Part shown: positions 30,454 through 40,149 of the stretch, piece by piece | How the letters are laid out: every line of letters starts with the position of its first letter | How positions within the stretch are numbered: the stretch's first letter is position 1 | Assembly (NCBI GenBank): GCA_947494155.1 | Contig: CANLTW010000003.1 | Coordinates: forward strand, 32,001 to 96,000 | Origin: Chlamydiota bacterium | GTDB taxonomy: Bacteria > Chlamydiota > Chlamydiia > Chlamydiales > RGXB01 | DNA length: 64,000 bases | Direction: 5' to 3' | The notes under the pieces: generated by a model | What the model saw: the letters and a program-made list of their open reading frames with translations, nothing else | The model's database searches: none | What the model was told of the DNA's origin: nothing | Position numbers and translations under genes: made by a program

Positions 30454-30957
30454 TTAAATGTGGTTATCTTTATGTGATTGCGTCCGAAATTCGGGATGGA
30501 TGCCAAAGCTAATCCCTGCATCGACAACTACTTCGTTATTTACAAAAGCCTTAGCTTCACACTTCCCCCCCCTTTGAGACAAAAATGTAGCTTGCACCTC
30601 AATCATCAACACATCGCCTGGCGTGACGGGGCGCCGAAAACGGGCATCATAGACACTCATCAGCACTTTCAACCCCTTTATCCCCTTTTTGTGCATCAAA
30701 ATACCACCTACCTGAGCCATCGCCTCAATGATGAGTACTCCTGGCATGATCGGCTTGCTGGGGAAGTGTCCAGTAAAAAACTGCTCATTGATCGTCACAT
30801 TTTTTTGACCTATGATGCGATTGTTTTCGAGATCAATATCCAAAATACGATCTACGAGTAAAAAAGGATAGGAGTGGGGCAAAATACGGATGATCTCATC
30901 AATATCTATTGCGTGTGTGCCCACTCCTGAACTAATTGTGGAGTTTGATGTACCCAT
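30454..30957 (-). CDS. fabZ: 3-hydroxyacyl-ACP dehydratase
   Basis: LPHSYPFLLVD, FTGHFP, PGVLIIEAMAQ. Confidence 0.97.
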   Translation of the reverse strand: MGTSNSTISSGVGTHAIDIDEIIRILPHSYPFLLVDRILDIDLENNRIIGQKNVTINEQFFTGHFPSKPIMPGVLIIEAMAQVGGILMHKKGIKGLKVLMSVYDARFRRPVTPGDVLMIEVQATFLSQRGGKCEAKAFVNNEVVVDAGISFGIHPEFRTQSHKDNHI

Positions 30958-31829
30958 TCTAAAACTTTTTCTTCTATCAGTTGTGCCAGTTTCGTTGTTT
31001 GTGTGTGACCCGATTTATCACCATGGTAGTGGGCTATTACGTCGTACCCTATAAGACATAAATCACCAATCATATCCAGAGCCTTATGACGGGCCATCTC
31101 GTTGGAAAATCTCAACCCACCCTCGTTGATCACTCTGCCCTCTTTGACAATAATCCCGTTCTCCAGGCTCCCCCCTTTGATGAAACCTTTCTCCAATAAG
31201 GGTTGGATCTCGTCATAGCTACTGAAAGTACGACAACCACAGACCTGCTTAGTGTATCTCTCCTGATTGAATCTGATCAGGTACTCTTGATGCTCAAGTA
31301 CTCCCGTAGCATCATAGTGTAAAAGATAGGAAAAAGTTAAATCCTCACACGGTGTAGCGCGCACAGTTGTCCCATTAGAGACAACCTCAATCGGTTCCAA
31401 AATTTTGAATATGGGCTTTTGGGCTGCTAAAGAGACCGTTTTTGCCTCAATAAAGGAGCGTACAAACTGTTGAGAGCTACCGTCAAAAATCGGGACTTCC
31501 GGACCATCTATCTCGACAATAAGATTGTCAATTCCTAAACCGTAAATAGCCGAAAGTAGATGTTCTACCAACTGCACAGTGATCCCGTTTTCCCCAATTA
31601 CTGTGCATCTGGGGGTGGAGACTACAGAGGAGGCCCTTGCTTTGATGCAGGGTTTGTCTAATAAATCCACACGTCTGAAAATGATTCCCGTGTCTGGGAG
31701 GGCAGGTAAAAATCTGCACCGGACAATTTTTCCCGTAAAGAGGGCCACGCCAGTGAGCTCAAATACGTTTAGAATTGTTGTTTGTGGTCTTGAACCGACC
31801 TGTTTTACAATCGAGCTTTGGTCTCGCAA
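30906..31829 (-). CDS. lpxC: UDP-3-O-acyl-GlcNAc deacetylase
   Basis: VEHLLSA, EVPIFDGS, RHKALD, SGH. Confidence 0.97.
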   Translation of the reverse strand: MRDQSSIVKQVGSRPQTTILNVFELTGVALFTGKIVRCRFLPALPDTGIIFRRVDLLDKPCIKARASSVVSTPRCTVIGENGITVQLVEHLLSAIYGLGIDNLIVEIDGPEVPIFDGSSQQFVRSFIEAKTVSLAAQKPIFKILEPIEVVSNGTTVRATPCEDLTFSYLLHYDATGVLEHQEYLIRFNQERYTKQVCGCRTFSSYDEIQPLLEKGFIKGGSLENGIIVKEGRVINEGGLRFSNEMARHKALDMIGDLCLIGYDVIAHYHGDKSGHTQTTKLAQLIEEKVLEWVHQTPQLVQEWAHTQ

Positions 31830-31913
31830 GATGTCACCTTCTTACAACGAAATACTAAACTCAGCCGAAAAATTCGGCCTTTTTCAAGAATTTACCCTTG
31901 AATCTCTTTTTGT

Positions 31914-33404
31914 TCAATCTCTTCTTGGTCTCATCCTGTAGTTTTTTTCGAATTTTTCCCGAAATCCCCAGATAAATAATAAAAAAGCGATAAAAACGAA
32001 AATACGATCTTGAAGATACGGATAGAGTGTAAGATTTTTAGACAGGGTAATCGAAAAAGTTTTTACACCCTCTCCAGGTGGAAAAAAAGCGTACTCCCCG
32101 TCAGGAAGTGTATATCCAGAGAAACCTCCGTTTGCCGTCCTTATCGAGGGCAATCCGGTCTCAATCGATCTCAGTAGGGTTTGACGAAAATGATTTGTTT
32201 TAAAATCATCATTTTGAAACCAAATATCATTATGGATTGATACAATCAGATCTGCCCCTTTTTTGGAAAAAACATTTGAATCAGATCCAAAATAGTCATC
32301 ATAACAAATATTGATCCCGTAGAGGTATTTTCCTTTTAAAAGACCCTTTTTTTTACCGGCCAAAAAGTCCCCGGCCCCCAAACCCGATTTGAAAGAATCG
32401 GGCAAGAAATCCCAGGATTTTTCCATAACCGACATAAGTCGATTTTTGTCATACCGCCCCACAACCTCCCCTTTGTGCACAAGCGTTGCGACATTGAAAT
32501 GTTTTCCATTTTCACCCGGGTAGATATGACCTACAATCACATCTATATTTTTATTGAACGAGAGATTGATAATCGCCGATTCCAAGCTATAACAATCCAA
32601 GAGCTCTCCCATCGTCATCCCATCGGGATATTTTAAAAAGTATTTAGTGGGAAGACTTGTCTCACTGAATACGAGTAGATCAAGGTCTTTAACCCCCTTA
32701 AGCCAGGTCAAATATTTTTCTAGGTACAATTTATCATCCATCCCCCATGGATCGCGGGCCGTCTGTACTACACCGACTCTAATCTTGGATTCGGTCGTCT
32801 TGAATTGGGGGACAAATAAAAGAGTTACAATTATAGAGAGTGCCCTGTAGTTTGCTCTTTTTTTAGGATTGTCAAAGAGAAGCAAACTCACCAAAAGGAG
32901 TAAAAGCGTTGCCCCAAAGACCCCCGTAAATGCGAAAATTTTGTCGAGCATGGGGAATTTTTCTAAAAAGGAGGAAACCGTATAGAAATTATAGCCGCAT
33001 AAAAAAAAGGATCGATGATACTCCAATAGAGTCCAAAGCCCGATAAATCCAAAAATTTTTTTCTTTTGCTGCAATGACGAGGCAAGATTGACAGCCACAA
33101 GAGATTGCATTGCAATCCACAGCGAAAAAAACAGGGTAAGAAAAGGGCCAAAATAGAATAAATAGGTCGCATCTTGGGGTACGCTTAAATCTTTCATCCA
33201 GAGATTTTGGCACAAAGAAAAACTGAAAAAAAATCCGAATGTAAACAGAGGTTTCTTTTCTAAATTGAGTGAACAACTTAAAACATAAAGAAAAGAACCA
33301 GCGGCTACAGCCCCAAAAAAAGCAGGTTGGCTTTCACAAGAAAACCAACCAAGAATTCCACCTAGTAAACAGTGGCAAAAAAAAAGGGAGATCGATTCTT
33401 TCAA
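31914..33404 (-). CDS. lnt: Apolipoprotein N-acyltransferase
   Basis: N-terminal TMs; nitrilase triad (FSET, YDK, ICYD), NDIWF, RTANGG; upstream of lpxC as in Chlamydia. Confidence 0.85.
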   Translation of the reverse strand: MKESISLFFCHCLLGGILGWFSCESQPAFFGAVAAGSFLYVLSCSLNLEKKPLFTFGFFFSFSLCQNLWMKDLSVPQDATYLFYFGPFLTLFFSLWIAMQSLVAVNLASSLQQKKKIFGFIGLWTLLEYHRSFFLCGYNFYTVSSFLEKFPMLDKIFAFTGVFGATLLLLLVSLLLFDNPKKRANYRALSIIVTLLFVPQFKTTESKIRVGVVQTARDPWGMDDKLYLEKYLTWLKGVKDLDLLVFSETSLPTKYFLKYPDGMTMGELLDCYSLESAIINLSFNKNIDVIVGHIYPGENGKHFNVATLVHKGEVVGRYDKNRLMSVMEKSWDFLPDSFKSGLGAGDFLAGKKKGLLKGKYLYGINICYDDYFGSDSNVFSKKGADLIVSIHNDIWFQNDDFKTNHFRQTLLRSIETGLPSIRTANGGFSGYTLPDGEYAFFPPGEGVKTFSITLSKNLTLYPYLQDRIFVFIAFLLFIWGFREKFEKNYRMRPRRD

Positions 33405-33431
33405 AATGTACCGTGCCCTTTTTTAAAAAAT

Positions 33432-33914
33432 TTAAACTCGATCATCCATGTGATGGCTGTCTTGCTGGCAGTGGCAAATATGGCAGCAGCATCCACCGGT
33501 AAATAATAGAGCGCCCCCTATTAAAGCCAAATTTTTGCTGAAATCACTAAGCATCGGAAAAAGGCTTGCGGCATCTGCAAACCAAAAAGGATGCATTAAA
33601 ATATTTACTGGGACCAAGAAGAGGATCAACAGCCATGCAGCGAGGCGTGTACGGATCCCAAAAAGCAAAAGAACGCCACCAACACCTTCAAGTAAGCTAG
33701 CTAGAATCATTAGAAAAAGCTCTGCTTGTTGCAACATCCCAATAAAAGAACCTAAAAAACTACCCCCCACCTCATTTTTCCACATGGATAATGCCTGGGA
33801 CAGACTCTCCATCGAGGCCTGCCAATTCACCATCTTTAATACACAAAATATTATAAAAGGTAAGGCAAAGAAAATCCGCCCTAGTTGATATAAAAATTTG
33901 TTCCCTTTACACAT
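33432..33914 (-). CDS. DoxX/SURF4 family membrane protein
   Basis: LGRIFFA, LEGVGGVLLLFG.RTR.AA, H.FW, KNLALIGG. Confidence 0.88.
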   Translation of the reverse strand: MCKGNKFLYQLGRIFFALPFIIFCVLKMVNWQASMESLSQALSMWKNEVGGSFLGSFIGMLQQAELFLMILASLLEGVGGVLLLFGIRTRLAAWLLILFLVPVNILMHPFWFADAASLFPMLSDFSKNLALIGGALLFTGGCCCHICHCQQDSHHMDDRV

Positions 33915-33987
33915 ACATACTCCTATAGAATATAAAACCCTTTTGCCCTAAAATTATTCTCTCATCAATCGGGCTAAAGTTGACATA

Positions 33988-35112
33988 ATGAATTTATTTT
34001 GCTTGTACCACATAGAACAATTTTTTTTACAACATGATCCTAAAAGATTTAGATTAGATCTAAGTTTGAAAACCTATTTTAAAAAAAATTCTGCCCTAGG
34101 ATCTAAAGATCGGAAAGTGTTGGGAAATTTTGCCTATAAACTTTGTCGCTATGAAACCCTCATCGAACATGTTCTTCAGGTGAAAAAACTTGACCCCCAA
34201 AATATTCGGGAAATCGATGCCTTTGACCCCCAAAAACACCTGAATGACCCCTCAATTCCCCTGCACATCCGTTATGGGTTTGACAAAAATTTTCTTGAAT
34301 TTTTACAAAATAGCCTGACCGAAAAAGACTTCTTGGTTTTTTTAAGCTCTATCCACCAAGAGGCTCCCCTTTATGCCCGCTCCAACCCTTTAAAAATCTC
34401 TCGCAGCGATCTTGTTTCTCTTCTTCAAAACCATTTTCCTGTTCAAGCTACCGAGCTATCCCCTTACGGTATCCGATTTGAAAAAAGGGAAAATTTTGGA
34501 GCCCTTGACCCGTTTAAACAGGGTTTGATGGAGATACAGGATGAGGCAAGCCAACTTATAGCAATTCATTTAGACCCTAAACCCAAAGAGGCGGTTTGCG
34601 ATTTTTGCGCCGGTTCAGGGGGGAAAAGTCTTTTGATTGGGGCTTTGATGCAAAATCAGGGACAGCTTTTTCTTCATGATGTGCGAGAAAAAGCCCTGAT
34701 TGAGGCAAAAAAAAGACTCAAGCGTGCGGGGGTGCAAAATTACCAAATCCTCAGCTCCCCCTCTTCGAAAAAACAATTCTTTTCCTATTTTGATCGCGTT
34801 TTATTGGACGTCCCTTGCTCAGGAAGCGGCACATTAAGAAGAAATCCCGATATGAAAGAGAGGCTTCGGGTTAAAGATATTCATGAACTCATCAATTTAC
34901 AAAGAGAGATCTTTTCAAAGGCGTTTTTGTTGGTCAAATCCAAAGGGGTAATTTTGTATGCAACGTGCAGCGTTCTTAAGGAGGAAAATGAAGAGCAAAT
35001 CGAATTCTTTTGCCAAAACTACCCTGTAAAAAAAGCAGGCCCCCCGTTTCAAACAATTCCTACAGATCAAGGGCCAGACGGTTTTTTCTGCCAGTTGCTT
35101 GAACGGGAATAA
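33988..35112 (+). CDS. RsmB/NOP (Fmu/Sun) family m5C RNA methyltransferase
   Basis: IQDEASQ, DFCAGSGGK, DVPCSGSG, YATCS, ENE, DGFF. Confidence 0.93.
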   Translation: MNLFCLYHIEQFFLQHDPKRFRLDLSLKTYFKKNSALGSKDRKVLGNFAYKLCRYETLIEHVLQVKKLDPQNIREIDAFDPQKHLNDPSIPLHIRYGFDKNFLEFLQNSLTEKDFLVFLSSIHQEAPLYARSNPLKISRSDLVSLLQNHFPVQATELSPYGIRFEKRENFGALDPFKQGLMEIQDEASQLIAIHLDPKPKEAVCDFCAGSGGKSLLIGALMQNQGQLFLHDVREKALIEAKKRLKRAGVQNYQILSSPSSKKQFFSYFDRVLLDVPCSGSGTLRRNPDMKERLRVKDIHELINLQREIFSKAFLLVKSKGVILYATCSVLKEENEEQIEFFCQNYPVKKAGPPFQTIPTDQGPDGFFCQLLERE

Positions 35113-35158
35113 TAACCCTTGTTTAGACCTATAACAACCTCCCTTATAAGGGTCTTAA

Positions 35159-36274
35159 GTGGAGCTGATTGCTCAAAAAATCGCTCCTTTGCTACGATGC
35201 ATTCCTATGCGTATCCAAATCAAATACTTTTTAGCCCTTTTACTACCTTTAGCGACCCTAAAAGGGATTTCAAAAGAGAGCTCTTTTCACAAACTTAAAT
35301 CAGTAAAGACTAAAATTGCGGTGAATAATATTCCCCTTGCGAAAGTCAACGGGCGGATTATTTCGCTTGCCGATGTCGTTAAAGAGCTCGATATGCGCAT
35401 GTACCTGCATAGCCCCGACGAGTACAAAAACGTCAACAACCGCTTTGGATTTTATAAAGAAAGCTGGAAAAGACAGCTTGACGAACTGATTTTACTCGAA
35501 TTTCTTAAAAAAGAGGCAGAAGAAAAAAAGATTAAAATTACCGATGCGGACATTCGTCAAGAGCTTGTAAGCCGCTATGGCAGCGATATGATCAACAAGC
35601 TTCATGAAGCGAATCTCACCTACGAAGATGCCAAAAATTCGGTAAAAAATGACATCTTAACGCAACAGATGAACTGGTTCGGTTTTGTGAATAAAATTTT
35701 TTACAAGGTTGGACCTCAAACTCTGAAAAATGCCTATGATGAATTTGTGTCGATGAATCCGGGGAACGAAACATGGAAATACCAATTCCTCACAGTTCGG
35801 GTAAAAAACAAAGACAAGGCGGACCAAATTGCGTTCAAGATTAAAGCGTTGGATCCTACAACCTTCCCCAACCTCCAAGCATTTAAAGAGTCTCTAACCT
35901 CGCTTTTCTCCAAGGAAGAGGACTTCAGAATCAGTTTAACGGATGAACTAAATGTGGAGGATAAATCCATAGCCCCCTCTCACAAATCTATTCTAGCAAA
36001 CATGCCTATGGAGACGTTAAGCTCCCCATCGTTCGTTCAGCAAAATAACGAACACGTGATCCGCGTCTTCTTTTTGAAAGATCATATCAAGTCTGAACCC
36101 ATGCCCTTTCAACAAATGACCGAAAAACTGAAGTCTGAACTTATTGGGCGTATGGCTGAAAAGGAACGTGGTGTTTTTTTTCAAAAACTCAAGGAGAAGT
36201 ATGGTTACAGCGATGATCAACTCTACCTTGCCCTACCCGATGACTTCACACCTTTCTCTCTTAAAGAAGAATAA
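35159..36274 (+). CDS. SurA N-terminal-domain-like periplasmic chaperone
   Basis: Signal-like N-terminus (likely start MRIQ), LAKVNGRIISL, EAEEKKIKITDADI pattern. Confidence 0.65.
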   Translation: MELIAQKIAPLLRCIPMRIQIKYFLALLLPLATLKGISKESSFHKLKSVKTKIAVNNIPLAKVNGRIISLADVVKELDMRMYLHSPDEYKNVNNRFGFYKESWKRQLDELILLEFLKKEAEEKKIKITDADIRQELVSRYGSDMINKLHEANLTYEDAKNSVKNDILTQQMNWFGFVNKIFYKVGPQTLKNAYDEFVSMNPGNETWKYQFLTVRVKNKDKADQIAFKIKALDPTTFPNLQAFKESLTSLFSKEEDFRISLTDELNVEDKSIAPSHKSILANMPMETLSSPSFVQQNNEHVIRVFFLKDHIKSEPMPFQQMTEKLKSELIGRMAEKERGVFFQKLKEKYGYSDDQLYLALPDDFTPFSLKEE

Positions 36275-36309
36275 CTAGCTTTTTTGCTATATCCTTTCAA
36301 AGGGGCCTA

Positions 36310-37542
36310 TTAAGCCCCTATTTCTTGTCTCGTCGTTCTTTTAAAAATTATCCCTACCGAGACTAATAGTATAACAAAAAATAGAGCTTTAAACCTCTTC
36401 TCAACCCAAAAAGAGACCCAGGTATGGGGCGCATCCCTAGATGCTACCAATACTTTTGTATCTAAAATCTTTCCGCTAGGTACGATTAACTGCACTTGCC
36501 CGAGGATTTCACCCTTTTTGATGGGGAGCTTAGCCTCAAAATACTCCACCTTCACCTCGATAGCATTCACAATGCTAGCAAAAGATTCGACCTTGAGATC
36601 CTCTAATAGATACAGTGGGAGGGTGTGTTTTGCATAGATAGGTTGAACAGAAAAACAGGGATCCAAGGCATTATAAAAAACCCTTGTAGTTTTTTTCTCG
36701 GCAAAAGCTGCGTTAAAAAGATTTGTTGCATCTATAAATCGCTCCAGAGGGGTTGCAGATTGCATCACAGCTACTACAACTGTTCGCTCTTTATTTTGTG
36801 CCGCCCCTACAAAGCAGTAACCTGCATTCTCTGTATAACCTGTTTTTCCTCCAAGACAATATTTGTATTGCAAACCGTTTTCGGATCTAAGTAAACGATT
36901 CGAGTTGTTTAATTCCCGATCGATTAGATCACCTGTTTCCATTTTATAAAAAACAGTGCCGATTATTTTTAAAAAATCGGGTTGTTTGATCCCATAGGAG
37001 AGCATTTTTGCAAGGTCGAGTGCCGTTGTCCTGTGCGCAGGATACTCGAGTCCACTGGGGTTCACATAAGTCGTTTCGGTGCAACCTAATGAGGTTAAAA
37101 AACGATTTAACCCAATCATGAATTGCTCTATGGACTGCTCCCCTAAATGGTACGCTAAAACATTCGCAGCATCGTTTGCTGAAACTAAAGTAAGGGCGTG
37201 ATAAAGATCCTCCAAGGAGTAATAGCTGTGGGGTACCAATCCGATCGTATATGCATCCGGTTCCAGAAGGTAGGGTAATACGGTGTAATTTCCTGCGATT
37301 TTCTGTTCTTTCGAAATCGATCTCAAAAGCTCTGGCAAGACAACAACTAGCTCTTTTGGATCCCGATTACAATGCAGAGAGTAAAGAAGGGTAGCTATTT
37401 TTGTGGTACTTGCAGGGTGGATTTTCTGCTCCCCTTTTTTAGAGAAAAGAACTATTTCATGATCACAATCATAGACAAGTGCGACTTGGGAATGAGTCTT
37501 GGGCGCTGAAATTTGGGAATTTAGGGCTGAGAAGTTGATCAT
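36310..37542 (-). CDS. D-alanyl-D-alanine carboxypeptidase (PBP5/6, peptidase S11)
   Basis: PASTTK (SxxK), SAN (SxN), GKTG, C-terminal TM anchor; start uncertain. Confidence 0.93.
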   Translation of the reverse strand: MINFSALNSQISAPKTHSQVALVYDCDHEIVLFSKKGEQKIHPASTTKIATLLYSLHCNRDPKELVVVLPELLRSISKEQKIAGNYTVLPYLLEPDAYTIGLVPHSYYSLEDLYHALTLVSANDAANVLAYHLGEQSIEQFMIGLNRFLTSLGCTETTYVNPSGLEYPAHRTTALDLAKMLSYGIKQPDFLKIIGTVFYKMETGDLIDRELNNSNRLLRSENGLQYKYCLGGKTGYTENAGYCFVGAAQNKERTVVVAVMQSATPLERFIDATNLFNAAFAEKKTTRVFYNALDPCFSVQPIYAKHTLPLYLLEDLKVESFASIVNAIEVKVEYFEAKLPIKKGEILGQVQLIVPSGKILDTKVLVASRDAPHTWVSFWVEKRFKALFFVILLVSVGIIFKRTTRQEIGA

Positions 37543-37621
37543 AACCCAGAATAAAATCTTTTTCTTTAAAAATAAAAGTAGTCCTTCTATGGGAAAGGGA
37601 AAAATCTGATAAGGATGAGGG

Positions 37622-38053
37622 ATGCCAAACCCTGGAAAACTAGAGCGCGCTTTCGAGGAATTTTTTTCTGATCTTTCTTTTTTTAACCACGATGGCATCA
37701 TCAATATCGATCTTCCTCTTTTACGCGATCATAACCTTTTAAACTGTAACGATCAAGATCAAGATCTGCTACAGCAGCACCCTTTTTATTTTCACGTGAT
37801 CGAGGAGGAGGATAAAGTAACTCTCTTCAATCATCAATTCGCAGTCTGGATAGTCCCACAACAAGGGGAAACAGACAAAGAAACACTCACTCTTATAGCG
37901 TATATCGAGGATGAAACCCCGCTTTTAGACCTCGTTTTTAGAACTGCAGGGATCTATAATTCCCCAAAATATATTCTTAGGGCCTTGAGACATTTCTTAA
38001 AAGAGATTATGGACAACGAAGATGTGCTCCAAAAAATGATCGAGGAATTCTAA
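37622..38053 (+). CDS. Conserved chlamydial hypothetical protein (acidic)
   Basis: 143 aa with GAGGG SD; lies between dac and rsbW like C. trachomatis CT550 (recalled synteny). Confidence 0.7.
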   Translation: MPNPGKLERAFEEFFSDLSFFNHDGIINIDLPLLRDHNLLNCNDQDQDLLQQHPFYFHVIEEEDKVTLFNHQFAVWIVPQQGETDKETLTLIAYIEDETPLLDLVFRTAGIYNSPKYILRALRHFLKEIMDNEDVLQKMIEEF

Positions 38054-38092
38054 ACCCGACAAAAAAGAGATTTTTCCCTTTTTAAGCTTACG

Positions 38093-38467
38093 TTATGAGT
38101 TTTTTTTGGTTAGTTTAAGATGATTTTGGTCATTTCTTCTCTCGTAGGTGACAGAATCCATGAGGTGATTCACTATATAAATCCCAAACCCACCAGGTTC
38201 ATCTATAGGTTTTTGGCGTCGGTACTCTAAAGGATTGAACTCTATACCCGTATCGATAAATTCAAACTCTACATCCTCTGCATTTTTGCGGAAAACAATC
38301 TCCACCTCTCCCTTTTTTTCGGGGTAAGCGTATGAGCAAATGTTGATGAATATCTCTTCAACACAAAGCTGAATTTGAGAGGAAGCAATCCCCGATTCGA
38401 CCCAATCTAACACTTTAGGGTATTGGGATATATCAGCTGGAACTTTCAATCTCATTTCTCGAGACAT
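38093..38467 (-). CDS. rsbW: Anti-sigma factor / serine kinase RsbW
   Basis: EEIFINICSYAY N-box, DTGIEFNP, GGFGIYIV..LMD. Confidence 0.9.
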   Translation of the reverse strand: MSREMRLKVPADISQYPKVLDWVESGIASSQIQLCVEEIFINICSYAYPEKKGEVEIVFRKNAEDVEFEFIDTGIEFNPLEYRRQKPIDEPGGFGIYIVNHLMDSVTYERRNDQNHLKLTKKNS

Positions 38468-39039
38468 ACCCCTCCTAAATAAAGGGCAAGTTGTTTAGCA
38501 AGTTTTTTTTTGGCCAACCCGTAAGCTACATCATACGCACCATACTCAGAGTCAAACTGACCTAGAGAATATTCCACCAAAGGTTGGTTGTCGTACAGGG
38601 TATCTCTCAAAGTATTCGGGTTGGTAAAATCAAAGTCGGCCGATGCAAATAGCCTTCTATTCTCGAATATACTCTTTAAATCATGTTTGTCAATAAGCGT
38701 GATTTTAGCACCCAAAACGGCCCTCCCTTCATTAGGAAACAGGCGATCCAGAATTTCCCCCGTTAAAGGCTGACGATCGTGTAAAAAACCGATAGTCTCT
38801 TTTCTTTGTTGATCTAGCGTAATTTCTACCAAATAGCGTCCATTTGAATGGACTACCCGGTACCCGGTTGCCCTTTGTAGCTCAAGGCGCATCTCCTCTT
38901 CAAATGCAGCAGAAGTGTAGGCACCCTTAAATGAGAGCTCTAATGTGGGTTGATTTTTCGGCTGGACAAATTGATACTGGCACCCTGAAAAAACAAACAG
39001 AGCGACCAGTACTAAACGATTAGTGAACTTTTTGATCAC
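38452..39039 (-). CDS. Lipoprotein, LptE-like
   Basis: Likely GTG start at 39039, lipobox FSGC followed by YQF; position after the BamD-like gene. Confidence 0.6.
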   Translation of the reverse strand: MIKKFTNRLVLVALFVFSGCQYQFVQPKNQPTLELSFKGAYTSAAFEEEMRLELQRATGYRVVHSNGRYLVEITLDQQRKETIGFLHDRQPLTGEILDRLFPNEGRAVLGAKITLIDKHDLKSIFENRRLFASADFDFTNPNTLRDTLYDNQPLVEYSLGQFDSEYGAYDVAYGLAKKKLAKQLALYLGGVCLEK

Positions 39040-40030
39040 TCTCTTCTTGAACAATATCTGGGAGCTCTTCCACAACATCCACAATGATCTCAAGATCCTC
39101 GACAGGATACTTTTCTCTAAGATCGGAATACTTCTCACGGAGGTACTGTACTGTATTTACTGCCTTATGAGCAACTACAGACTTAGGGTAAGATTGTATC
39201 ACTTGCGTGTAGTAAAGAAGCGCTGCGTCGTGACGCTTGGTACGTTTGTAATAAGCTGCTATCTCATACATCCCATTCGCCAGGATCTCTTCGATATTTT
39301 TAATTTGCCCTTCGGCAATTCTTAGTCTCGGGTCAGAGGGAAAATTGTCTTTAAAACGCTGGTAGTTTAATCGCTCGAGAGCCAAAAAGCTGTCGTCATT
39401 TTGCTGGACTTTTGTGTTGAAAACGTAGATGTCCCCAATTTTGATGTGGGCATGGGGCGCTAAGGCATGTTGACCAAATTTTTTCAAAAAAATCTGAAAG
39501 GTATCTAATGCCCCTTTATAGTCCTCTAAATGCAACAGCAAGGCGGCCTTTGCATAAAGAGCTTCAGCTGCTATATCCGATCTTGGCACCGCAGCCTGAA
39601 TCTCGTCGTAAATATCAAGCGCATCCTCTTGGGCTGGCATCCACTTAGGTAGCACCTTTAGACCGGCTATGTGTTTTTTAAAACCCTTTGCAAAATGGTG
39701 CGCTACCTCTAACTTGATTTTATAGGCCTCCTCATAAAACCTGAGCGTTGCATCTTTTTTCAAATACAGCTCTACGGCTTCAAATGCGGCTTCATATTCC
39801 CCCTCTTTCAAATACAAGGAGGCGAGCTGAAAATAGACCTCAGGAGACATTGGGTGATCCTGGTACAGATCAACAATCACCTCAGCACTTTTTTTAGCAG
39901 ACTTGAGATCCTGCGTATCTAACGCATTCTGTAGCTGGGTATAAAGCTGGTCAAAAGGGAGTTTAGCTGCTTTCCCCTCAATACTAAAAAATGTAAATAC
40001 AATACTTGAAAATAGAGCTAGTGCTTTCAT
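39020..40030 (-). CDS. TPR protein, BamD/YfiO-like outer-membrane assembly factor
   Basis: Signal peptide, TPR repeats, IAAYYKRTKRHDAALLYY..VIQSYP BamD-type C-terminal pattern. Confidence 0.75.
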   Translation of the reverse strand: MKALALFSSIVFTFFSIEGKAAKLPFDQLYTQLQNALDTQDLKSAKKSAEVIVDLYQDHPMSPEVYFQLASLYLKEGEYEAAFEAVELYLKKDATLRFYEEAYKIKLEVAHHFAKGFKKHIAGLKVLPKWMPAQEDALDIYDEIQAAVPRSDIAAEALYAKAALLLHLEDYKGALDTFQIFLKKFGQHALAPHAHIKIGDIYVFNTKVQQNDDSFLALERLNYQRFKDNFPSDPRLRIAEGQIKNIEEILANGMYEIAAYYKRTKRHDAALLYYTQVIQSYPKSVVAHKAVNTVQYLREKYSDLREKYPVEDLEIIVDVVEELPDIVQEESDQKVH

Positions 40031-40038
40031 AAATCAAG

Positions 40039-40067
40039 AGTATAGCACTTAAAACGTAACCCCGCAA
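40039..40067 (-). promoter_or_regulatory. Promoter of the BamD-like operon
   Basis: Minus strand TTGCGG, 17 nt, TATACT; -10 ends 8 nt before the ATG. Confidence 0.5.
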
Positions 40068-40149
40068 CCCCAATCGGCGTGATCAATCAACATTTTTAAT
40101 GTGCATAATTTTTTATTTAACACCTAACAATAAGTGCGTTAAAGGCCTG

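Noticed and set aside
40042..40070. TAGCACTT resembling a CIRCE half-site
   Set aside because: No second GAGTGCTAA arm at 9-nt spacing; better explained as promoter spacer. No CIRCE seen upstream of dnaJ either
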